The position numbers and the translations under genes were made by a program. The notes beneath the pieces are model-generated. The model did no database searches and was not told the DNA's origin. It saw only the letters and a program-made list of their open reading frames with translations. A stretch of DNA of 64,000 bases from a virus (Duplodnaviria > Heunggongvirae > Uroviricota > Caudoviricetes), in IMG/VR virus record IMGVR_UViG_3300021387_000285; one strand, written 5' to 3'. This document shows, one piece after another, positions 19,964 to 28,274 of the stretch (position 1 is the first letter of the stretch; the number at the start of each line of letters is the position of its first letter).

Positions 19964-21199
19964 ATGCTTAATAAAAATCAAGAACGAGAACTGGCATATG
20001 TTGTAGTTATAGATGAAATACGAGAGATTCCTGGCTATGATAGAGTAGAGCATGCGCGAACCGGTGGTTGGTGGTGTATTGTTCCTAAAGGACAGTTTCA
20101 TGTAGGAGATGCAGCAATCTATTTTGAAATTGATAGTAAAGTTCCTTCAACCAACCCAGCATTCGCTTTCCTTGAAAAACGTAATTATAAAATAAAAACT
20201 CAGAAGATGTGTAAGGTACTCAGCCAGGGACTTATTATGCACGCAGAAGATTTTGGATGGAAAGCGTATCAAGCTGGAGAAACTGGTTATAATGAACCAG
20301 CTTGTATTATGGATGATAATAATGCTTGTCATTATGTAGATACAGAATCCCGTTTCCTTACTAAAATTCTCGGTGTAACTTATGCGGATGAAGAAGATAA
20401 TAATCGTAAAGCTAATTCTGTAGACAAATATAAAAAGATGGCACAGCGACATCCTGCAATTTTTCGCAAACCTTTTGTGCGTTGGCTTATGAAGCGCACT
20501 TGGGGTAAGAAACTTATGTTCTTGTTTTTTGGAAAGAAAAAAGATAAGAAGAATAGCTGGCCAGAATGGGTTACTAAAACTGATGAAGAGCGCATTCAAA
20601 ACATGCCTTGGATTCTTGAAGATAATGGAGAATGGGTCGTCACTGAAAAGATAGATGGCAGCTCTACTACCTTTACGATGAAACGTGGAAAACATAATAA
20701 ATATGAGTTCTATGTATGCTCCCGTAATGTATGTTTTGACAGTGTAGATAAACGCTGCTATTATGATACTAACATTTATTGGGAAATGGCTGAAAAATAT
20801 GATATGTATAATATGTTGCTTGCTTTTCTGCTTGGACGGCCAGATGTTGAGTGGGTAACTATACAAGGAGAAACTTTCGGCGCAGGTGTGCAAAAACGTG
20901 ATTACTCTCTTGAAGGCCATGATTTCAGAGCATTTAATCTTATTACTTCTGATAGAGGTCGTTGGGGAACTCTTGAAATGAAAGAACTCCTTGAAAAGCA
21001 TTATAATATTCCCTGCGTGCCTGTTGTTCTTCCTAACTTTAAATTTGAAGGACTTGATGTAGATAAACTCCTTACTTTTGCAGAAGGAAACTCTATGATT
21101 GATGATAAGCCTCGTGAAGGTTTTGTTTTCCGTTCTAAAGATGGACAGCGTTCTTTTAAAGCAGTAAGTAATGCTTTTCTACTTAAATATCATATGTAA
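19964..21199 (+). CDS. ATP-dependent RNA ligase-like nucleotidyltransferase (Rnl family) with an N-terminal extra domain.
   Basis: KIDGSS (motif I, KxDGxx), EGFVFR (motif IV) and ..FLLKY (motif V). Confidence 0.55.
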   Translation: MLNKNQERELAYVVVIDEIREIPGYDRVEHARTGGWWCIVPKGQFHVGDAAIYFEIDSKVPSTNPAFAFLEKRNYKIKTQKMCKVLSQGLIMHAEDFGWKAYQAGETGYNEPACIMDDNNACHYVDTESRFLTKILGVTYADEEDNNRKANSVDKYKKMAQRHPAIFRKPFVRWLMKRTWGKKLMFLFFGKKKDKKNSWPEWVTKTDEERIQNMPWILEDNGEWVVTEKIDGSSTTFTMKRGKHNKYEFYVCSRNVCFDSVDKRCYYDTNIYWEMAEKYDMYNMLLAFLLGRPDVEWVTIQGETFGAGVQKRDYSLEGHDFRAFNLITSDRGRWGTLEMKELLEKHYNIPCVPVVLPNFKFEGLDVDKLLTFAEGNSMIDDKPREGFVFRSKDGQRSFKAVSNAFLLKYHM

Positions 21200-21212
21200 A
21201 GGAATAATATAA

Positions 21213-22103
21213 ATGAAAAATAAAATTATTACTACAAGTATTGTTTGTACTATTGTAATTATAGCTCTTTTAATTGTCGGATTGAGTTGTACGACTTCTG
21301 TTCCTGCTGGATTTACAGGAGTCCCTGTGACTTTTGGTAAAGTTGCTGATTATACTCTAGATAGTGGTTTCCATATAAAGGGACCTTTTACTTCTGTTAT
21401 TAAAATGGATAATCGTATTCAAAAACATACTATCCAAATGAATGCCTTTTCAAAAGATATTCAAGAGACTTCAGTAACATATACTATTAACTATCAAATT
21501 AGTAAAAATGATGCAATGACTATTTATCGTACTATTGGTAAAAATTATTTTGATACAGTAATTGCGCCTAATGTCAGTGAAGCAGTTAAAACAGCAACTG
21601 CGCATTATACAGCAGAAGGTCTTATTAATAGTCGTGATAAACTTGCTAGCGATATTGAAGAAATATTAGTTCAACTTTTAGAGAAATATAATATTGTAAT
21701 TGTTGGCACTTCTATTGAAGACCTTGACTTTACTGATGCTTTTACAAATGCGGTTGAAGCAAAGCAGGTAGCACAGCAAGATAAATTGCGCGCTGAAACA
21801 ATTCAGGCTCAGCAAACTATGGAAGAACAAGCAAAAGCAGAGCGTGCGATTATTGTTGCCGAAGCTGAAGCAAAACAGGCGATTATTGCGGCTAATGCAG
21901 ACCTTGAAGTTGTACAGATTCAAGCAGAAGCGAGCCTTTATGCAGGTGAGCGTGAGGCGCAAATGAACCAGCGTATTGCAGAAGCGCTAACTCCAGACCT
22001 TATTAAATATTATTGGATTAAACAGTGGAATGGAGAACTGCCATCAACTATGCTTAATGATAGCACAGGAATTATGTTAACTCTTGGAGAAAATATAGAA
22101 TAA
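21213..22103 (+). CDS. SPFH/band-7 (prohibitin-HflC-like) membrane protein.
   Basis: N-terminal TM helix, SPFH core, then a coiled-coil Ala/Glu/Gln-rich tail. Confidence 0.7.
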   Translation: MKNKIITTSIVCTIVIIALLIVGLSCTTSVPAGFTGVPVTFGKVADYTLDSGFHIKGPFTSVIKMDNRIQKHTIQMNAFSKDIQETSVTYTINYQISKNDAMTIYRTIGKNYFDTVIAPNVSEAVKTATAHYTAEGLINSRDKLASDIEEILVQLLEKYNIVIVGTSIEDLDFTDAFTNAVEAKQVAQQDKLRAETIQAQQTMEEQAKAERAIIVAEAEAKQAIIAANADLEVVQIQAEASLYAGEREAQMNQRIAEALTPDLIKYYWIKQWNGELPSTMLNDSTGIMLTLGENIE

Positions 22104-22104
22104 T

Positions 22105-22141
22105 AAAAAAAAAGACACAATAATTGTGTCTTTTTTTTTAT
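22105..22141 (+). terminator. Rho-independent terminator.
   Basis: AGACACAA..TTGTGTCT stem flanked by A and T runs. Confidence 0.7.
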
Positions 22142-22169
22142 TGACTTTTATATAAGGATATGGTATAAT
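22141..22169 (+). promoter_or_regulatory. Sigma-A-type promoter, TTGACT-N17-TGgTATAAT.
   Basis: Sits directly upstream of the GT2 gene. Confidence 0.6.
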
Positions 22170-22194
22170 AAAAATAAAAAAGGGGTGAAAATAA

Positions 22195-23235
22195 TTGAAT
22201 ATAAATCCATAGATAGATGTTATTATGCCATGTTATTATCAAAACAATGTAATAAAATTAGGAATTGAAAAACTTATTGCACAAACATATAAAGACAATT
22301 TAACTTTAATTATGATAAATGATTGTTCCCCTAATACCCAATGTGAATATCAAGATTTAATCAATACTTACAAAGAACAAATACATATTGAATATATTAA
22401 AACTTCTAATAATATAGGTCCTGGCTGCGTAAGACAATTAGGAATTGATAAATCTCAACATTCTTTTTTATTATTTCAAGATGACGATGATGAATTATTT
22501 GATACCAATAGTATTGAATTATTAGTATCTCAATTAAATAATAAAGATATAACAACAATTGCTTCAGTGTCAGGAGATATACAACTAATTTCATAGTATT
22601 ATTATAGTAAGTTATGGAAAAGTAATGGACTACAAGTTCAAGGAACTTTATTTAATAAAAAAATATTAAAAGATTTAAATATCCATTTTGAACCAGATTT
22701 ATCATATAAAGAAGAAGATACAGCATTTTCTGAATTATTTTGTTATAAAACTAAAAACTATGAACATCTTATAATAAATAAGCCAGTATATATTAGACGA
22801 TATTTTGATACTCATACACATATCTCTTCTATTAATTCAATTAAAGAAAACTTTATTTCAATGTTAATATTAAATGGTTATAGAATAAATTATTTTTTAC
22901 ACTATGCAACAAAAAATGATAGTATTAATGAATCATTATTTATTATAATTCCTACTTTATTAAACAACTTATTAACATATATTATATCTAATAATTTAAC
23001 AATTACTAAAAAAGAATATCAAAAAATTAATTTTACATTAGAACAATATATACAATTATATACAAAATATAAAAATAATAATTTTAATATAGTAGAATAT
23101 ATAAATAAAAACCCATTTCTTAATAACTTTTTTAATGAACAAAGTATATATGGAACAATTAATATACAAAACATTGAAGAACCTTTAGAAATATTAAAAA
23201 ACAAATTATTAATTTTTCAATCAAAAATTGAATAA
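22195..23235 (+). CDS. Family-2 (GT-A) glycosyltransferase with 2 in-frame TAG and extremely AT-rich composition.
   Basis: TTG start with an AAAAAGGGGTG RBS. DVIMPCYYQNN (GT2 N-terminal motif), INDCSPNT and a DDDDE DxD motif. Joins track ORFs 22225-22596 and 22861-23235. Confidence 0.65.
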
Positions 23236-23247
23236 AAGAACGGTTTA

Positions 23248-23276
23248 TTGATTTTTTTATAAAATTATGATATAAT
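23248..23276 (+). promoter_or_regulatory. Sigma-A-type promoter within a ~60-bp conserved block.
   Basis: CGGTTTATTGATTTTTTTATAAAATTATGATATAATATATATAGAAAAAT. Confidence 0.6.
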
Positions 23277-23288
23277 ATATATAGAAAA

Positions 23289-23504
23289 ATGAAAAGGATG
23301 GAATCAAAAATGTATTATGGTTATCGTATGACAGAAGATGGTTGGACTAGAATGAAAACCTTTGATACTATCCAAGAGTACAAAGAATATGTGGAGAAGC
23401 GAAAAGTCGTTTGGGGGCTTTGTTCTAGCGAGCCTGTTGATTTGCGAGGAGAAGCTGCTTCAGAAAAATACATGGCTCGTATGTATAAAACAGATGCAAA
23501 ATGA
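23289..23504 (+). CDS. Hypothetical small protein.
   Basis: ORF from the track. Confidence 0.4.
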   Translation: MKRMESKMYYGYRMTEDGWTRMKTFDTIQEYKEYVEKRKVVWGLCSSEPVDLRGEAASEKYMARMYKTDAK

Positions 23505-23665
23505 TTCAAATACAAGTTATTCCAGTACAAAATCAAGGGCACGCTAATGAAATATTACGTGCCTATTCTCAAAATTATCCTAAACGAAAAATTATTGGAG
23601 TATCAATGATTCCTGTTGATTTTCCAGGAGGCTGGTTTATGACAGTTACTTACGAGATTATTTAA
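23501..23665 (+). CDS. Hypothetical 54-aa protein.
   Basis: ATGA overlap with the upstream gene. It ends in TAA. Confidence 0.3.
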   Translation: MIQIQVIPVQNQGHANEILRAYSQNYPKRKIIGVSMIPVDFPGGWFMTVTYEII

Positions 23666-23679
23666 GGAAGTGATAAAAT

Positions 23680-24432
23680 ATGAGTGTTTACTGTGCTAGT
23701 GATTGGCATGGATGTTATTGGGTTTGGGAAAAAGTAAAAGAAATTCTTAAACCCGATGATAAATTATATTTTTTAGGAGACGCCGCAGATAGAGGACCAG
23801 ATGGATGGAAACTTATCAAAGAACTCCTTACAGACCCTAGAGTTATCTACATTAAGGGCAACCATGAAGATTTAATGATTGAAGCTATTGGGAAGTTTAA
23901 TCCAGAAGAAGAAGATAGTTTATGGAATGCGGACACCACCCTCTGGCATTATAATGGCGGCGACCCTACTTATGATGCTTTTCTTTTGGATGAAGATAAT
24001 TTTGGAAAAGCAAAGATTTTAAAACAAATAAAAGATTTGCCTTTTTGCGCCAATTATATCAATAAAAATAATCAACAAGTATTTCTTTGTCATGCAGGAT
24101 GTGATGGTGTAGACATTGATACTTTAGATGAATATCATGCAATATGGGATAGGGAACATTGGAGATTTCCTGATGAATGGTCTGGAGAAGATAATCAAAT
24201 AATAGTTCATGGACATACTCCTATTGACCTTATGATTGAGGAACAGGAAAATATAGCAAGATGGCATAAAGATAAATTTCAAGTAACAATACCTAAATGG
24301 ACTCCTGGTACATCTTATTGGTATGCGCAGGGGCACAAAGTCTGTATTGATATTGGTACGGTTTGGGAAAATGTAGCAATTCTTTTGAATCTTGATACTT
24401 TTGAAGATATTATATTGATGAAGAGGTATTAA
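23680..24432 (+). CDS. Ser/Thr protein phosphatase (lambda-PPase-like metallophosphoesterase).
   Basis: DWHG, GDAADRG and GNHE motifs. Confidence 0.7.
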   Translation: MSVYCASDWHGCYWVWEKVKEILKPDDKLYFLGDAADRGPDGWKLIKELLTDPRVIYIKGNHEDLMIEAIGKFNPEEEDSLWNADTTLWHYNGGDPTYDAFLLDEDNFGKAKILKQIKDLPFCANYINKNNQQVFLCHAGCDGVDIDTLDEYHAIWDREHWRFPDEWSGEDNQIIVHGHTPIDLMIEEQENIARWHKDKFQVTIPKWTPGTSYWYAQGHKVCIDIGTVWENVAILLNLDTFEDIILMKRY

Positions 24433-24433
24433 T

Positions 24434-24694
24434 ATGAAAAACTATGAATTACATAATTTTTATTGTATGAATTGTGGGCGTGAAGCTATTCCTATTCAGA
24501 GACAAATAAGTCATAAACATAGCAAACATCATCGTAAAGTTCTTTATTGTCCTTGGTGCAAACAAACTGTTAATCATATTGAATGTAGAACTAGTGAAGA
24601 AGTTTTAGAGTTTAAAGAAAATTTTGAAAAGGGGTTGTATAAAGATGAGTGCAAAGACTCTTTGGATTATGGTAGGATGTCCTGGCGCGGGTAA
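24434..24694 (+). CDS. Zinc-ribbon small protein.
   Basis: CMNCG...CPWCK. Confidence 0.4.
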   Translation: MKNYELHNFYCMNCGREAIPIQRQISHKHSKHHRKVLYCPWCKQTVNHIECRTSEEVLEFKENFEKGLYKDECKDSLDYGRMSWRG

Positions 24695-25139
24695 AAGTTA
24701 CTTCGCAAAAAATCATCTTATAAGAAATAATTTATGGAAATATGTCTCTCGTGATGAAATTAGATTTGCACTTTTAAACAGCGGAGATGAATATTTTAGT
24801 AAAGAGCGACAGGTTTTTAAAGAATTCTGTGAAAAAATTAGCATTAATCTATTAGATAATATTCATACAGATGTAATTGCTGATGCAACTCATTTAAATG
24901 AAAAAAGTCGTAATAAATTATTATATAACTTAAAAAATTATGGAATTGACTTTACTAAAATAGATGTAATTCCAGTTTATGTAAAGGCTTCTTTTGCCAC
25001 TATCCAACAGAGAAATAGCGAAAGAGAAGGACGTGCGCGAGTTCCTTATCATAACCTATGTGATATGTATGATGCTCTACAGCACCCTAATGAAGATAAT
25101 TTTAAATATACCGCAATATTGGAGGTTGATAATTCATGA
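24645..25139 (+). CDS. Polynucleotide 5'-kinase (T4 Pnk kinase-domain-like P-loop kinase).
   Basis: WIMVGCPGAGKSYFAKN...RDEIRF closely parallels T4 Pnk LTIGCPGSGKSTWA...RDDYRQ. Confidence 0.65.
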   Translation: MSAKTLWIMVGCPGAGKSYFAKNHLIRNNLWKYVSRDEIRFALLNSGDEYFSKERQVFKEFCEKISINLLDNIHTDVIADATHLNEKSRNKLLYNLKNYGIDFTKIDVIPVYVKASFATIQQRNSEREGRARVPYHNLCDMYDALQHPNEDNFKYTAILEVDNS

Positions 25140-25693
25140 TTTGGCTTTGTTCTGATTTTCATTTTTGTCATGACAAAGAGTTTGTATGGAAAGCAAGAGG
25201 ATTTTCATCCATTGATGAAATGAATAATGAAATTGTTAGACGATTTAATCTTTTTGTAAAACCTAATGATATTGTCTATATTCTTGGTGATTGCATGCTT
25301 AAAGATAATACAACTGGTATTAAGTTTCTTAGCGACCTTAAAGGTATTAAATATCTTGCTTATGGAAATCATGATACCAATGAAAGATTAAGTCTATATG
25401 AAGATGCACATATCTTTGAAGATATTCAATTTGGTTATCGGTTTAAATATAATAAATGCTCTTTTTGGCTTTCTCATTATCCAATGAAAATGGGAAACTA
25501 TAAAGATAAGCATCCAACTTGGAATCTATCAGGGCATACTCATTCAACTGAAAGTATTGATGGGGATGATTCTATCTATAATGTAGCGATGGATGCACAT
25601 AACTGCTTTCCTATTTCTATTGAGCAAATTATGGCAGAAATTAAAGTTTATAGAGATGAGCATCCTGTTCAGCCATTTAACAAAATAAAATAA
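25136..25693 (+). CDS. Metallophosphoesterase, candidate 2',3'/3'-phosphatase partner of the kinase (bacterial-Pnkp-like arrangement).
   Basis: DFHFCHD, GD and GNHD motifs. ATGA overlap with the kinase gene. Confidence 0.6.
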   Translation: MIWLCSDFHFCHDKEFVWKARGFSSIDEMNNEIVRRFNLFVKPNDIVYILGDCMLKDNTTGIKFLSDLKGIKYLAYGNHDTNERLSLYEDAHIFEDIQFGYRFKYNKCSFWLSHYPMKMGNYKDKHPTWNLSGHTHSTESIDGDDSIYNVAMDAHNCFPISIEQIMAEIKVYRDEHPVQPFNKIK

Positions 25694-25742
25694 TCATATT
25701 AAAAAAATCTCTAATATATACTGGAAAGGAGTGATTTTTATT

Positions 25743-25946
25743 ATGACTATTATGACTTTATACTATGCATTATTATGGGTAGTAATGATGGTAGTAGGTG
25801 GATTATTTTACGAATAGCCTTACTTTAGTAAAAAGCGTGGAAAAAAATATGAAACTATGGCTCATGTTGGTTGGATATTAATCATTGCTGCTACAGTAGG
25901 TTTAATCCATGGTATATTAGGATTTTTGCATTTAATAGTAATGTGA
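25743..25946 (+). CDS. Small two-TM membrane protein with 1 in-frame TAG.
   Basis: Hydrophobic segments flank a basic loop. Confidence 0.35.
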
Positions 25947-26050
25947 AAGGATATTAAATATGGGCGATGTGGTGATTGCGGGGATTATTTGCTATTCAAT
26001 TTTCATTGCATTAGTCTACTGTTGGGATAACAGACCCCCGCGGCTTTAAT

Positions 26051-26089
26051 AGGGATGTGCTTGCGCGCATCCCTTTATTGTTATTTTTT
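26051..26089 (+). terminator. Rho-independent terminator on a GC-rich island.
   Basis: AGGGATG..CATCCCT stem followed by a T-run. Confidence 0.6.
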
Positions 26090-26169
26090 GAAAACAAAAG
26101 TGGACGCCCTTTACGGCCGTTGCTGCCAAAAAAATCGCGTTAGGAAAAAAATTAGCAAAAAGGGTCAAG

Positions 26170-26198
26170 TTGATTTTTTTATATTTTTATGGTATAAT
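26170..26198 (+). promoter_or_regulatory. Sigma-A-type promoter, TTGATT-N17-TGgTATAAT.
   Basis: Member of the promoter family. An AAGGAG RBS follows. Confidence 0.6.
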
Positions 26199-26229
26199 TA
26201 TTATATAAAATATTTATAAGGAGAAAACT

Positions 26230-26676
26230 ATGTGTAAAGATCTTATTACAGAATGGGATAAAGATTCAGGAGTAAGCACTTGTACATTAAGATATCGCAG
26301 CAGTAATGATGTTGATTTTTTAGGTAATGGAGTTGCTATTTGTCATCCTAATGACCAAGACTTTAAAACTGAATTAACTGGTGCTATTATCGCTGAATAT
26401 CGTGCTGAAATTGATATATGCCGCAAAATTAGAGATTATGAATTACGTCCAGGTCTTATGGCACTTAATCACGTCCTTGGTACTATGACTAAAAGTAAAC
26501 ATTTTAATCCTAAATCATATGAAACTAAACGCCTTATAAAAGAAATCAATAGGTATAAAAAAGAAATTGAAGATACAAATGACCTTATTGCTGAACTTCA
26601 ATTAAATCTTAAAGCATATATTGATGGAAAAGATGCTATTTATAGAGAAAGAAGAGCAGAGGCCAAAAACAAATAA
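26230..26676 (+). CDS. Hypothetical protein.
   Basis: ORF from the track. Confidence 0.45.
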   Translation: MCKDLITEWDKDSGVSTCTLRYRSSNDVDFLGNGVAICHPNDQDFKTELTGAIIAEYRAEIDICRKIRDYELRPGLMALNHVLGTMTKSKHFNPKSYETKRLIKEINRYKKEIEDTNDLIAELQLNLKAYIDGKDAIYRERRAEAKNK

Positions 26677-26715
26677 AATTATTACTTATTTTTCTATTAT
26701 ACATATAGAGAGGAA

Positions 26716-26985
26716 GTGGTTATTATTCTTATATATGTATTATTAGGAATATTTATCTACGTAGTCGCTGTTCCAATAGCTGAAGGATTGGTAAATATTA
26801 TATTGCAATAGTTTGAAATAATTAAAGGCAAACAACTAGTGCATATAACAAAAATCCAAAAAGAAGTTACTGATTTAAGCGGTGAAGAAGAAGAATTACC
26901 GCAAACTAAAGTTATTGGCTTTGCTTTACCAGATGATGAAGAAGAAATCTATGAAGAAGAGGAAGACGACGATTATGGTGATTGA
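26716..26985 (+). CDS. Small membrane protein with an acidic C-terminal tail; 1 in-frame TAG.
   Basis: TM helix VIILIYVLLGIFIYVVAV then a poly-Glu/Asp tail. GTG start is uncertain. Confidence 0.35.
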
Positions 26986-28228
26986 CTATAAGTTTTATGA
27001 TACTTGTTCTTTATTATTAAAAGCAGGTACCTTATTTGATAATAACGAACCCTTTGCTATTTCATCAATTACATTAAATGAATTAGAAGATATAAAAACT
27101 TCTCCATATAAAGATGCTGAACAAAAGTATGCGGCCCGCAAATTGCTTCATACATTAAAAGAGCATAGAGGAGAATATGATGTCCATATCTTTATAGAAG
27201 ATATGCTACAACCTATTATTGATAAACATTTAACTATAACCAATGATACAAAAATCTTGGCGACTGCAATTAATTATGATAATACTGTTCATCCAGATGA
27301 AACAATATTTGTTACTGACGATAATAGTTTGTTTGAAATTGCTAATTTATTTTTTGGTGAAGATTCTATAGAAAGTGTTGGCGAAGAAGAAATAGACCAT
27401 TATTAGGGGTATTTAGATTTAACACTTAATGAATCTGAAATGGAATAGTTTTATTAGAATTGGCAATAGAATATTTATAATTTATTGCCTAATTAGTATT
27501 TAGTAATTAGAAGTTAGCAAAATGAAATAGTAGATAGATTATGCTATACTGGCACAGAATATCGTCCTATTAGTTTTGAAAGTTTTGATTCTAAACATTT
27601 TGGAGTTATTAAACCAATAGATGTTTAGTAGTAGTTTGTCGCAGATAGCTTAACTCATAACCAATTAACTATGATAAAAGGTCCTGCAGGCTCTGGTAAA
27701 ACATTGCTCGCATTTGGATTTTTGTTCCAGTAGTTAGAAAGACATAAAATAGATAAAATAATTATTTTCTGTAATACTGTTGCTGCAAAGAACGCGGCAA
27801 GGCTTGGTTATTTACCAGGAAGCAGAGAAGAAAAATTGCTAGACTCATAGATTGGTAATGTTTTAATTAGTAAACTAGGTAGCCGTTTAGAAGTTGAAAG
27901 GTTACTTGATGAAGAAAAATTAATTTTATTACCAATGAGTGATATTCGTGGTTATGATACAACAGGCTTGCGCGCAGGTATTTATTTTTCAGAAGCATAG
28001 AATCTTGATATTTCTTTAATGAAATTAGGATTATAGCGCATTGGAGAAGATAGTATTTGCATTATTGATGGTGATGAAAAAACATAGGTAGATGATATTA
28101 GTTTCGCTGGTGCTAATAATGGTATGCGGCGTGCTTCAAAAGTATTTAGGGGTTCTACTATTTATGGAGAAATTGAACTGAAAGAAATACATCGTTCAAC
28201 TATTGGAAAAATTGCAGAAAAAATGTAA
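26975..28228 (+). CDS. phoH: PIN-PhoH fusion (PhoH2/YlaK-like ATPase). The PIN domain (144 codons) is TAG-free and the PhoH part carries 14 in-frame TAG.
   Basis: GPAGSGKTLLA Walker A motif. DGDEKT(TAG)VDD aligns to the invariant PhoH GDxxQxDL, so TAG stands where Gln is expected. The track ORF 26882-27406 is its N-terminal fragment. Confidence 0.75.
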
Positions 28229-28229
28229 A

Positions 28230-28257
28230 AGGACTGATTTATTCAGTCCTTTTTTTA
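28230..28257 (+). terminator. Rho-independent terminator.
   Basis: AGGACTGA..TCAGTCCT stem followed by T7. Confidence 0.7.
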
Positions 28258-28274
28258 TAGAAGGAGGAGTCTAA

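Noticed and set aside
20147-21001. 284-aa minus-strand ORF antisense to the RNA-ligase gene. Similar long antisense ORFs occur at 14972-15349, 32272-32646, 34151-34669, 45321-45728, 52827-53207, 60977-61315 and 61460-61780.
   Set aside because: No RBS and low-complexity hydrophobic or Ser-rich composition typical of antisense frames in AT-rich DNA. Each lies wholly inside a well-supported sense gene.
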